From the IMG/VR virus record IMGVR_UViG_3300044637_001924: DNA of 20,000 bases, one strand, 5' to 3'. Origin of the DNA: an uncultured virus (IMG/VR IMGVR_UViG_3300044637_001924) (lineage: Duplodnaviria > Heunggongvirae > Uroviricota > Caudoviricetes). The position numbers were made by a program, and so were the translations under genes. Under the pieces are notes generated by a model, which did not search any database, had not been told where the DNA came from, and saw nothing but the letters and a program-made list of their open reading frames with translations. How positions within the stretch are numbered: the first letter of the stretch is position 1; every line of letters starts with the position of its first letter. Positions 8,818 to 17,864 of this stretch are shown here, piece by piece.

Positions 8818-10167
8818 CTAGTTATAGCACTGGAGAATTGCAGCCGTCATGGAACCGGCCGAAGTTTGACACCACGCGGTGCTGCTGCTTATTTCTCTCA
8901 CCGGACTTGAGCGATTGGTAACAGTGTTATCTCCTAACACACCGCAATCGTTAAATCCCCAAGTCCAAAGTGTGCCATCTGTCTTTATTGCAGTGTTGTG
9001 ATTACTACCAGCTGAAGTTTGACACCAAGTGGTGGAATTGGTGATTTCTCTCCCTGGACTTGATAGTAGACCTGTGTTGTTGATTCCTAACTGCCCACAC
9101 TGGTTAAATCCCCAACTCCAAAGTGTGCCATCTGTTTTTATTGCACTAGTCCAGGCGCTTGCCGAAGTTTGACACCAAGTGGTGCTGCTGCTTATTTCTC
9201 TCACCGGACTTGAGCGATTGGTAACAGTGTTATCTCCCAACTGCCCACACCTATTACACCCCCAACTCCAAAGTGTGCCATCTGTCTTTACTGCACTGAT
9301 GGTAATACCTTTACCAGCTGATGTTTGACGCCAAGTGGTGGAACTGGTGATTTCCCTTACAGGACTTGAGCGATTGGTAACAGTGGTGTCTCCTAACATA
9401 CCGCAATAGTTATTTCCCCAACTCCAAAGTGTACCATCTGTTTTTAATGCACTGGTGTGAAAACTACCACTTGATGTTTGACACCAAGTGGTTGAACTGG
9501 TGATTTCTCTCACTGGACTTGAGCGACTTGTAACAGTGTTATCTCCCAATCTGCCACACCCGTTATATCCCCAAGTCCAAAGTGTACCATCTGTTTTTAA
9601 TGCACTGTTGTGAGAATTACCAGCTGAAGTTTGACACCAAGTAGTTGAACTGGTGATTTCCCTTACAGGACTTGAGCGACTTGTAACAGTGTTGACTCCC
9701 AACTGACCCTGGACATTGTATCCCCAAGTCCACAGTGTGCTATCTGTTTTTATTGCACTAGTGAAGGCGCTGCCTGCCGAAGTTTGACACCAAGTGACAG
9801 AACTGGTGATTTCTCTCACTGGACTTGAGCGACTTGTAACAGTGTTGTCTCCTAACGGACCGCATATATTACGACCCCAAGTCCACATCTGTCTAAGAGG
9901 CCAATCTCGACGTAAAACCCTACCATCCAATCCCACCCATGAAGTACAAGTGGATATTACAGGTACACAAATACTTTTGACAAAAACTGTTTGACCAAAA
10001 CCTATGCACTTTGTAGCTAGGTCAGGTAAGTCTGATACTGTGTTAACAACAAAACTAATGCCAACTCCAGCAGCACTGGTTTGGGCTGCTAACAAAGGAA
10101 AACAAACACTGTCGCAAGCAGTTATTAATGAGTCAATACTAGTTTGGATTTCAGAGGGTGTTGGCAT
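8818..10167 (-). CDS. RCC1/BLIP-II-like 7-bladed beta-propeller protein, N-terminal class C (copy C2); putative virion adhesin
   Basis: Seven W(S/T)WGxNxxGxLGDNTVTxRSSPVREITSSTTWCQTSAGxxxTSAIKTDGTL repeats; GGAG SD upstream of ATG 10167. Confidence 0.9.
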   Translation of the reverse strand: MPTPSEIQTSIDSLITACDSVCFPLLAAQTSAAGVGISFVVNTVSDLPDLATKCIGFGQTVFVKSICVPVISTCTSWVGLDGRVLRRDWPLRQMWTWGRNICGPLGDNTVTSRSSPVREITSSVTWCQTSAGSAFTSAIKTDSTLWTWGYNVQGQLGVNTVTSRSSPVREITSSTTWCQTSAGNSHNSALKTDGTLWTWGYNGCGRLGDNTVTSRSSPVREITSSTTWCQTSSGSFHTSALKTDGTLWSWGNNYCGMLGDTTVTNRSSPVREITSSTTWRQTSAGKGITISAVKTDGTLWSWGCNRCGQLGDNTVTNRSSPVREISSSTTWCQTSASAWTSAIKTDGTLWSWGFNQCGQLGINNTGLLSSPGREITNSTTWCQTSAGSNHNTAIKTDGTLWTWGFNDCGVLGDNTVTNRSSPVREISSSTAWCQTSAGSMTAAILQCYN

Positions 10168-10180
10168 GTTCTGTCTCCAT

Positions 10181-11521
10181 TTACTTCAAGGCACTGGTGT
10201 GAAAACCACCAGCTGATGTTTGACGCCAAGTGGTGGAACTGGTGATTTCCCTTACAGGACTTGAGCGATTGGTAACAGTGGTGTCTCCCAACTGACCAGA
10301 GCCATTGCCGCCCCAAGTCCAAAGTGTGCCATATATTTTTAATGCACTGGTATGTATCCACCCGACAGAAGTTTGACACCAAGTGGTGGAACTGGTGATT
10401 TCCCTTACAGGACTTGAGCGATTGGTAACAGTGGTGTCTCCCAACTGACCAGAGCCATTGTATCCCCAAGTCCACAGGGAGCCATCTGTTTTTATTGCAG
10501 CGGTATGGATACCAGCTGAAGTTCGACACCAATTGGTGCTGTTGGTAATTTCTATGTTTGGATTTGAACTATTAGTGATGGTGTTGTTTCCCAGCTGGCC
10601 CGACCCGTTTTCTCCCCAAGTCCAAAGTGTGCCATTTGTTTTTATTGCAGCAGTATTCGTAGGGCCTGCTGAAGTTTGACACCAAGTGGTTGAACTGCTA
10701 CTTTCTCTCACTGGACTTGACTTAGCCGTAACAGTGTTGTCTCCCAACTGACCCCAACCGTTCCAGCCCCAAGTCCAAAGTGTGCCATCTGTTTTTAATG
10801 CACTGGTATGGCTGCCGCTGTTAAACCCGCCTGACGAAGTTTGACACCAAGTAGTTGAGCTGGTGATTTCTCTCACTGGGCTTGAGCGACTAGTGACAGT
10901 GTTGTTTCCCAGCGTACCACAGGATGCATTTCCCCAACTCCAAAGTGTGCTATCTGTTTTCAATGCGCTTGTGTGGGCATTACCAGCTGAAGTTTGACAC
11001 CAAGTGGTTGAGCTTGTGATTTCCCTTACAGGACTTGAGCGACTTGTAACAGTGTTATCTCCCAACTGACCAGAGACATTGTAGCCCCAAGTCCACAGTG
11101 TGCTATCTGTTTTTATTGCACTAGTCCTACCACCGTTGGCAGCGGCGGCTGAAGTTTGACACCAAGTGGTGGAACTGGTGATTTCTCTCACTGGACTTGA
11201 GCGACTAGTGACAGTGTTGTCTCCTAACCGACCACACCCGTTAAAGCCCCAACTCCAAATTTGGTTTAGGGGAGTAGTACCTATAACACCCCATCCCGTA
11301 ACTGTGGCCACATACAGTGAGGTATTCAACACAACATAATACAATTCACCCACATTTGCGGCGGCTGTTGGTAAATCAGTCACTGCGTTCACCACATACA
11401 CCTTGCCGCTTCTCAACTGCTGCAATACCTTGCTGTAGTAAAACAAATCCTGCTCATTAGTAGTGCTGGATATTTTTTGCTGCATTGTGAACACTAGATT
11501 AGCTACATTGATGGTAGACAT
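10181..11521 (-). CDS. RCC1-like 7-bladed beta-propeller protein, N-terminal class B (copy B2)
   Basis: Seven repeats. ATG at 11521 overlaps the TGA of the upstream gene; the track start at 11524 is a TTG. Confidence 0.9.
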   Translation of the reverse strand: MSTINVANLVFTMQQKISSTTNEQDLFYYSKVLQQLRSGKVYVVNAVTDLPTAAANVGELYYVVLNTSLYVATVTGWGVIGTTPLNQIWSWGFNGCGRLGDNTVTSRSSPVREITSSTTWCQTSAAAANGGRTSAIKTDSTLWTWGYNVSGQLGDNTVTSRSSPVREITSSTTWCQTSAGNAHTSALKTDSTLWSWGNASCGTLGNNTVTSRSSPVREITSSTTWCQTSSGGFNSGSHTSALKTDGTLWTWGWNGWGQLGDNTVTAKSSPVRESSSSTTWCQTSAGPTNTAAIKTNGTLWTWGENGSGQLGNNTITNSSNPNIEITNSTNWCRTSAGIHTAAIKTDGSLWTWGYNGSGQLGDTTVTNRSSPVREITSSTTWCQTSVGWIHTSALKIYGTLWTWGGNGSGQLGDTTVTNRSSPVREITSSTTWRQTSAGGFHTSALK

Positions 11522-12882
11522 CAAAGGAATCCTTTGCAGGTTAGGATTTTTAAGGCACTAATATGGGCAGATGCCGAAGTTTGAAACCAAGTAGTAAAAC
11601 TGCTGATTTCTCTTACTGGACTTGAGCGACCAGTTGTTGTGTTGTCTCCCAACTGACCATACTGGTTCCGGCCCCAATTCCAAAGTGAACCATCGGTTTT
11701 CAATGCACTGACTGTCTGATTTCTGGAAGTTGAGGTTCGACACCAATTATTGCTGCTGGTGATTTCTCGCCCTGGTACTCCAGTACATGCGGTGGTGTTG
11801 TTTCCCAACACACCACAACTGCCGTACCCCCAGGTCCAAAGTGTGCCATCTGTTTTTACTGCGGTGCCGGCATTGGAACCTGAGGCAGTTTGACACCAAG
11901 AAGTACTAGAGAGGGCTTCTCTCACTGGACTTGATCTATTGGTTGAGGTTCCGTCTCCCAATGTACCGCAGAAATTGCGTCCCCAAACCCACAATGTGGA
12001 GTCTGTTTTCACTGCACTGGATACTTGACTTCCAGGGGAAGTTTGGCACCAATTGGTGGAACTGGTGATTTCTCTCACTGGACTTGACCGCGTATTGGTG
12101 GAGTTGTCTCCTAACTGACCCCAAATACCACATCCCCAAGTCCATAGTGAACCATCTGTTTTAACTGCACTAGCTATGCTCGCACCAAAGGCAATTTGGC
12201 ACCAATTGCTGCTGCTGCTGATTTCTCTTACCGGACTTGAGCGACTTGTTGTTGTGTTATCGCCCAACTGCCCACAGAGATTGAGTCCCCACACCCAAAG
12301 TGTGCCATCAGTTTTTATTGCACTAGTGGGACTATTACTACCAGCCGCAGTTTGGCACCAATTACTGCTGCTGCTGATTTCTCTTACGGGACTTGAGCGA
12401 CTTGTTGTTGTGTTGTCTCCTAACGAACCACCCGTGTTATAGCCCCAACTCCAAAGCGAGCCATCTGTTTTTATTGCACTGGTGTGACCACCACCAGCCG
12501 AAGTTTGACACCAATTGCCGCTGTTGCTGATTTCTCTCACCGGACTTGACCGACAAGTAACAGTGTTGTCTCCCAACTGACCAAACCCATTGGCTCCCCA
12601 AGAAAAAACGCTGGGTTCAACACGCTGCACGATGCTTCGAAAGTCTGTTGTCCAACAAATGCCATCACTGACGCGATACTGGCAAGTGTCTTGTAGATAC
12701 ACCATCCTTCCTTGATTCAAGGTCGCAGTGGGCAAAGCAGCGAGATTGGAAAAAGAAACCACTGCTTGAGTGTCGAGAATACATTGTGCACCCTGCAACT
12801 GACAACAGCTTAATGGAGTAAGCCCACCTGCTGCCAAACGTGAAGTAATTTGTGTTTGTAGTGTTTTTGCTGATGTGGTCAT
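11521..12882 (-). CDS. RCC1-like 7-bladed beta-propeller protein, N-terminal class A (copy A2)
   Basis: Seven repeats. Start revised to ATG 12882 (MTTSAKTL), 1 nt after the upstream TAA. Confidence 0.9.
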   Translation of the reverse strand: MTTSAKTLQTQITSRLAAGGLTPLSCCQLQGAQCILDTQAVVSFSNLAALPTATLNQGRMVYLQDTCQYRVSDGICWTTDFRSIVQRVEPSVFSWGANGFGQLGDNTVTCRSSPVREISNSGNWCQTSAGGGHTSAIKTDGSLWSWGYNTGGSLGDNTTTSRSSPVREISSSSNWCQTAAGSNSPTSAIKTDGTLWVWGLNLCGQLGDNTTTSRSSPVREISSSSNWCQIAFGASIASAVKTDGSLWTWGCGIWGQLGDNSTNTRSSPVREITSSTNWCQTSPGSQVSSAVKTDSTLWVWGRNFCGTLGDGTSTNRSSPVREALSSTSWCQTASGSNAGTAVKTDGTLWTWGYGSCGVLGNNTTACTGVPGREITSSNNWCRTSTSRNQTVSALKTDGSLWNWGRNQYGQLGDNTTTGRSSPVREISSFTTWFQTSASAHISALKILTCKGFL

Positions 12883-12883
12883 G

Positions 12884-14257
12884 TTATTGCGGAACAACTA
12901 ATATAGTTTTAATAGCACTAGTATCCACTTTACCAGCCGAAGTTTGACACCAAGTGGTGCTGCTGGTGATTTCTCTCACTGGACTTGATCGATTGGTAAT
13001 AGTGTTGTCTCCCAACTGACCACACAAATTGCCTCCCCAAGTCCAAAGTGTACCATCTGTTTTTAATGCACTGTTATTGACACAACCAGCCGAAGTTTGA
13101 CACCAAGTGGTGCTGCTGGTGATTTCTCTCACTGGACTTGAGCGACCAGTTGTTGTGTTGTCTCCCAACTGACCACACCCGTTAGAGCCCCAACTCCAAA
13201 GAGCGCCATCTGTTTTTATTGCAGACGCGTGCCGATATCCAACTGATGTTTGACACCAAGTAGTGCTGCTGCTGGCTTCTCTCACTGGACTTGACCGGTT
13301 TGTTGTTGTGTTGTCTCCCAACTGCAAACCTCCTCCCCAACTCCAAAGTGTGCCGTCTTTTTTTATAGCACTAGTGCTTATACCACCAGCTGAAGTTTGA
13401 CACCAAGTGGTGCTGCTGGTGATTTCTCTTACAGGACTTGACTTACTTGTAGCAGTGTTGTCTCCCAATCGACCATAGCCGCCGGAGCCCCAACTCCAAA
13501 GTGTGCCATCTGTTTTTACTGCACTGGCAGTATAATTACTGGATGCTGTTTGACACCAAGTGGTGCTGCTGGTGATTTCTCTTACTGGGCTTGAGCGATT
13601 GGTAATAGTGTTGTCTCCCAACTGACCAGAGGCATTGCTGCCCCAACTCCAAAGTGAACCATCTGTTTTTATTGCATGTGTACTTCTGTTATCAGACGTA
13701 GTTTGACACCAAGTGGTGCTGCTGGTGATTTCTCTTACAGGACTTGACTTACTTGTAGCAGTGTTGTCTCCCAATCGACCGTAGTTGCCTCTGCCCCAAC
13801 TCCAAAGTGTGCCATCTGTTTTTAATGCACTGGTATGATAAAAGCCAGCTGAAGTTTGACACCAAGTGGTGCTGCTGGTGATTTCTCTTACTGGGCTTGA
13901 GCGATTGGTAATAGTGTTGTCTCCCAATCGACCGTTGTTGTTGCCGCCCCAACTCCAAAGAGCTCCTCCCACTGTAGGAGTGAAATTCCTGCCATCAAAA
14001 CCAATCCAACAGCCATTGAGGCTCACTACGGGCACAAGTGCATCGCACAAAAAAACAACATGCCCATTTGGTAACCCAGTTGAACAACTGCAACCAAATA
14101 AGGTATCTATGCTGATGAAACTACTCCGATTACTGTCAACAGCGTCTTGTGATGCTGCTGCTAACACCACATCCATACTGCATGTGAGTGTGCCACTTGA
14201 GCATATTTCGCTCACCACAGAGTTGAGAAGTGTTGCACAGCAGAGGTTATTGGCCAT
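12884..14257 (-). CDS. RCC1-like 7-bladed beta-propeller protein, N-terminal class C (copy C1)
   Basis: Seven repeats; AAGGA SD upstream; Cys-rich N-terminus. Confidence 0.9.
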   Translation of the reverse strand: MANNLCCATLLNSVVSEICSSGTLTCSMDVVLAAASQDAVDSNRSSFISIDTLFGCSCSTGLPNGHVVFLCDALVPVVSLNGCWIGFDGRNFTPTVGGALWSWGGNNNGRLGDNTITNRSSPVREITSSTTWCQTSAGFYHTSALKTDGTLWSWGRGNYGRLGDNTATSKSSPVREITSSTTWCQTTSDNRSTHAIKTDGSLWSWGSNASGQLGDNTITNRSSPVREITSSTTWCQTASSNYTASAVKTDGTLWSWGSGGYGRLGDNTATSKSSPVREITSSTTWCQTSAGGISTSAIKKDGTLWSWGGGLQLGDNTTTNRSSPVREASSSTTWCQTSVGYRHASAIKTDGALWSWGSNGCGQLGDNTTTGRSSPVREITSSTTWCQTSAGCVNNSALKTDGTLWTWGGNLCGQLGDNTITNRSSPVREITSSTTWCQTSAGKVDTSAIKTILVVPQ

Positions 14258-14268
14258 CTTGCGCTTCC

Positions 14269-14919
14269 TTAACCACCACTCACTAGATTGGGCACGTTGC
14301 CTACCACTAACACTTCCAACTCCTCTATAGTGGTTGAGGCAGTGATTTCATCATCTTTGAGTTTTTCCCAGTCAAATGTGGCTTGAATATGCGCTGCACC
14401 AGCAGCGACGCATTGGCCTAATTCATCTTTTGTGAGAGTGAGCCAAGTTTCCGGAAACTTCCAATTCACTGTTTCATCAGTTGCCATAAGAGAGTATTTT
14501 TGCACAAAAATGTTCCTACCTTCTCTGCTAGTGTCAATAGTAACTTTTTTACCTTGTATCACAGTGTGTGTGCCACCCACTTCAGCAGTGTAGCGATTGG
14601 CTTGTGCCTCGTCTCGCAACTGAGCTTGTATCTCCCAAATTTGCTTGTATTTGATCTCAAATGTACCAACGGCAATTGCAGGATTAGTGAAATCCCAGAA
14701 CGGACCATAATAGGTTTGTGTTCGAGAGTTATGATCGGGTATCACCAGCTGTGCTGTGGTCAAATAGGTGGCATCGTCTATCACAATAGGAACGGTTTCA
14801 GGGTCATTGCGCGGCAGCAATGCTGAAATCTTAAGGCGGTCCAGACCGCCTTCAAACATTGGCCTATTCCAACTCATTGGACCTACCAACACTCTTTCGT
14901 TATGTACTAACACATACAT
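14269..14919 (-). CDS. DUF4376-domain phage tail-fibre-associated protein
   Basis: C-terminal RYTAEVGG...IDTSREGR...VNWK...WLTLTKDEL...HIQATFDWE...ITASTTIEEL is typical of DUF4376; AAGGA SD. Confidence 0.75.
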   Translation of the reverse strand: MYVLVHNERVLVGPMSWNRPMFEGGLDRLKISALLPRNDPETVPIVIDDATYLTTAQLVIPDHNSRTQTYYGPFWDFTNPAIAVGTFEIKYKQIWEIQAQLRDEAQANRYTAEVGGTHTVIQGKKVTIDTSREGRNIFVQKYSLMATDETVNWKFPETWLTLTKDELGQCVAAGAAHIQATFDWEKLKDDEITASTTIEELEVLVVGNVPNLVSGG

Positions 14920-14936
14920 ATTTTATTCCTTTTATC

Positions 14937-16256
14937 TTAAATTGTTTGCCGGGCTACAGTAAACAGGCCCTGTCCTATGCTAACTTCACTCCAGGAGCTT
15001 GAACTGGATATTTCACGTATAGGCAATAAACTTCTGATTGTAGAGTTGTTACCAAGTTGGCCACAATTGTTATTACCCCACATCCATAAAGTGCTTGCGG
15101 TTGTTAAAGCGCCACTTCTGCCAAAGCCGGCAGTGACTTGGCACCAATTGGTTGCACTTGTTGCTTCCTGAATTGGTGAGCTCCTGGATACAGTAGAGTT
15201 GTCTCCTAAAGCACCACAAGCGTTGCAACCCCATGCCCATAGTGTGTTAGTTGTTTTTAAGGCAATAGAGTGAGCAAACCCAGCGGAAGTTTGACACCAA
15301 GTGGTGGAGCTACTTATCTCTTGAACGGGACTTGATACATTGCTAGTGCTATTATTGCCAAATTTGCCACACTCGTTTGACCCCCATCCCCATAAAGTAC
15401 CACTTGTTTTGAGTGCTAGGGTACCGTAGAGGCCGGCAGAAACTTGACACCAATTGGTTGAACTGGAAATTTCTCGCACAGGACTAGACCTATTAGACAG
15501 ATTGCATGTGCCCAGTTGCCCAGTCCCATTATTTCCCCAACCCCAAAGGGTTCCATCTGTTTTTAGTGCAGCAGTATGCGAATATCCAGGTGAGGTTTGG
15601 CACCAAGTGGCACTGCTGCTGATTTCACGCACTGGGCTAGATTTGTTAACTATAGTGTTATCACCCACTTGGCCATATGTGTTCTTTCCCCATGCCCACA
15701 AACTGCCATCACTTTTAACACCAGACATTGTGTAAAAAGACGTACCTATTTGACACCAAGTTGTGCTGCTGGTGATTTCTCTTACAGGACTTGACTTACT
15801 GGTAACAGTGTTGTCTCCCAACTGACCACATACGTTATTGCCCCAAAGCCATAAGGAACTATCCTGTTTTAACCCCATTGAATTTACCGAACCAGCTCTG
15901 AGTTGCAGCCAGTTGCAGGAGCTTGTAATCTCTCTGACAGGACTTGATTGATTGGTTGTATTACTTGTGCCCAATTGTCCACAACTGTTTGACCCCCACG
16001 CCCAACCTGTGTTAGACTGTGATACAATAGGAATCCAAAATACAGAATTACTGAAAACTACTCTTTGAGCGTCTTCAACCAAATACAATTTACCATTGCT
16101 GGCTGATGCAGTAGGTAATAATTGAGAACAGGCTACAACAAACATAGCGCCTGTTCTCAGTTGTTGAATAGCCCGTGTATATGTGAGCAAATCTAGATTG
16201 TCGTTGCCTGCTGCGATTTTTTGGCTAAGGGCAAATTCAATTTGATTTAAGTTCAT
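14937..16256 (-). CDS. RCC1-like 7-bladed beta-propeller protein, N-terminal class B (copy B1)
   Basis: Seven more-diverged repeats; ATGA overlap with the upstream gene. Confidence 0.9.
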   Translation of the reverse strand: MNLNQIEFALSQKIAAGNDNLDLLTYTRAIQQLRTGAMFVVACSQLLPTASASNGKLYLVEDAQRVVFSNSVFWIPIVSQSNTGWAWGSNSCGQLGTSNTTNQSSPVREITSSCNWLQLRAGSVNSMGLKQDSSLWLWGNNVCGQLGDNTVTSKSSPVREITSSTTWCQIGTSFYTMSGVKSDGSLWAWGKNTYGQVGDNTIVNKSSPVREISSSATWCQTSPGYSHTAALKTDGTLWGWGNNGTGQLGTCNLSNRSSPVREISSSTNWCQVSAGLYGTLALKTSGTLWGWGSNECGKFGNNSTSNVSSPVQEISSSTTWCQTSAGFAHSIALKTTNTLWAWGCNACGALGDNSTVSRSSPIQEATSATNWCQVTAGFGRSGALTTASTLWMWGNNNCGQLGNNSTIRSLLPIREISSSSSWSEVSIGQGLFTVARQTI

Positions 16257-17602
16257 AGTGCTACAAATCCTGAAATTTTACCTTGAATGGCCATTGTTTG
16301 CCTTGTACTGCTAGTTACACAACTCCACGACGTGGCTGATGTTATCTCTCTCACAGGACTGGAAACTGATGTAACTGTGTTGTTCCCCAACGCGCCACAT
16401 GATGCATTTCCCCAGGTCCACAATGTGCCATCTGTTTTTAACGCCGCGGTATGCGCGCATCCACCAGATACTTGACACCAAGTTGTTGATGATGAAATTT
16501 CTTGTATAGGACTGCTCCGGCTGGTTGCAGTATTATTTCCCAGCTCTCCACATGTATTTAAACCCCATGCCCACAGAGTGCCATCGGTTTTTATAGCATT
16601 TGAATGATACTTGCCAGGCCCAAATGTGCACCAATTTGTAGAGCTGGAAACTTCTCGAACTGGGCTGCTGGCATTTGAGGTAGAGTTGTTACCGAGAACG
16701 CCATATCCACCTGAGCCCCAGCTCCAAAGTGTATTGTCTTTTTTCAACGCAACTGCTAGGTTGTAACCGTTTTGTATTCTGCACCAGGAGGTTCCGCTTG
16801 TTATTTCTCGCACTGGTGAACTGAAGTTAGTTGTGTTGTTGGTTCCCAGTACTCCACATGTGTTGACTCCCCAGGTCCACAGACTGCCATCAGACTTGAC
16901 AGCAGCAGAGTGTCGCAGCCCTCCACTGCTGATTGAACACCAATTTGTACTTGATGATACCTCGCGGATTGGAGAACTGCGGGTTGTTTTGGTGCCATCG
17001 CCCAAATTACCGCAAAAGTTGTCGCCCCATGCCCACAGTGTGCTATCACATTTTAAAGCCAAAAGATGGAACGCAAATGACCCTACACTTGTCCAGGTTG
17101 AAGAACTACTTATTTCACGAACTGGACTACTTTGGTTAGCTGTTGCATTATTGCCCAGTGCACCACAATTGTTGTAACCCCAAGTCCATAGTGAAAGGTC
17201 TGATTTTATTCCTGCTGATGTTGTATTGCTAGTGACAGTAACCCAATTGCAGCTTGAGCTTATTTCTCGAACAGGTGAACTCTGGGAAGTTGTTGTATTA
17301 TTGCCCAAACCTCCACAGAGGTTCCAACCCCACCCAAACACACATGCGCCTGTCCAATTTGTATTGAAGTCATTGGTCCATTGGGTGCCATCACTGTAGC
17401 GATAGTCGCCAATGTCCGTTATCCAAATAAACCTGCCTGTATTGTCACATGCTGTTGGCAATGCTGCACAATTTGCTACACAATAGATCCCATTCAAAGC
17501 CGCTTGAATACCTGCCAACTGAGCAGTTTGCAGAACATCTTGATTGGCCAAGACAATGCATGCGTTGGCTTGTGTGATGAGTTTGCCAGCAGCCACAGAC
17601 AT
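16253..17602 (-). CDS. RCC1-like 7-bladed beta-propeller protein, N-terminal class A (copy A1)
   Basis: Seven more-diverged repeats; starts 4 nt after the upstream stop. Confidence 0.9.
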   Translation of the reverse strand: MSVAAGKLITQANACIVLANQDVLQTAQLAGIQAALNGIYCVANCAALPTACDNTGRFIWITDIGDYRYSDGTQWTNDFNTNWTGACVFGWGWNLCGGLGNNTTTSQSSPVREISSSCNWVTVTSNTTSAGIKSDLSLWTWGYNNCGALGNNATANQSSPVREISSSSTWTSVGSFAFHLLALKCDSTLWAWGDNFCGNLGDGTKTTRSSPIREVSSSTNWCSISSGGLRHSAAVKSDGSLWTWGVNTCGVLGTNNTTNFSSPVREITSGTSWCRIQNGYNLAVALKKDNTLWSWGSGGYGVLGNNSTSNASSPVREVSSSTNWCTFGPGKYHSNAIKTDGTLWAWGLNTCGELGNNTATSRSSPIQEISSSTTWCQVSGGCAHTAALKTDGTLWTWGNASCGALGNNTVTSVSSPVREITSATSWSCVTSSTRQTMAIQGKISGFVAL

Positions 17603-17606
17603 GTGA

Positions 17607-17864
17607 TTAAGTCAGTGCCAACAAAGCTAGTGTTCGAGCAGTGTTGTCTTGGCCACCAAAACTGCCCCAAACTGTGCCGTCGTAGCCTTCAAAACTGGCT
17701 TGCGTAGTATTGTAACGGATTTGTCCTGTTGCTGCTGTTGGTCTTTCACCATCTGTGCCCACAGGCAATTTTAGTGCAGATGTGCCGCTGAAATTGGCAT
17801 ACCCAGTAATAGTCAAATTTTGGTTATCGGCGATGACTGTAACGCCTGATATTTTTATGGCCAT
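17607..17864 (-). CDS. 85-aa mini fibre/structural protein
   Basis: LKLPVGTDGERPTAATGQIRYNTTQASFEGYDGTVW matches the LPxGTxxxRP..G.IRYN...FEGY.G..W module common in T4-like phage fibre/virion proteins. Strong AAGGAG SD at 17872-17877. Confidence 0.8.
   Translation of the reverse strand: MAIKISGVTVIADNQNLTITGYANFSGTSALKLPVGTDGERPTAATGQIRYNTTQASFEGYDGTVWGSFGGQDNTARTLALLALT

Larger units (their letters stand above)
8830..17340 (-). repeat. Coding tandem repeats: 42 RCC1 blades of about 150-160 bp over six genes
   Basis: Recurrent + strand core such as gtttgacaccaagtggt...ggtgatttctctcactggacttgagcga...gtgttgtctcccaactgacc, with a period of about 153 bp inside genes. Confidence 0.95.

Noticed and set aside
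8830..13950. Diversity-generating retroelement variable/template repeats
   Set aside because: No RT or avd gene in the window and no non-coding template copy. Variable codons are not limited to adenine-derived NNY (e.g. ATA, GGG, AGG, CAG, TGG, GAA) and include indels. A trans-acting element elsewhere cannot be excluded.
8830..17340. CRISPR array (constant/variable alternation)
   Set aside because: The period is about 153 bp, the constant parts are too long and degenerate, all units stay in frame as RCC1 blades, and there are no cas genes.
8818..17602. Eukaryotic or giant-virus origin suggested by RCC1 repeats
   Set aside because: SD sites, translational coupling, a T4-type late promoter, and the DUF4376, S74 and tail chaperone genes point to a bacteriophage.
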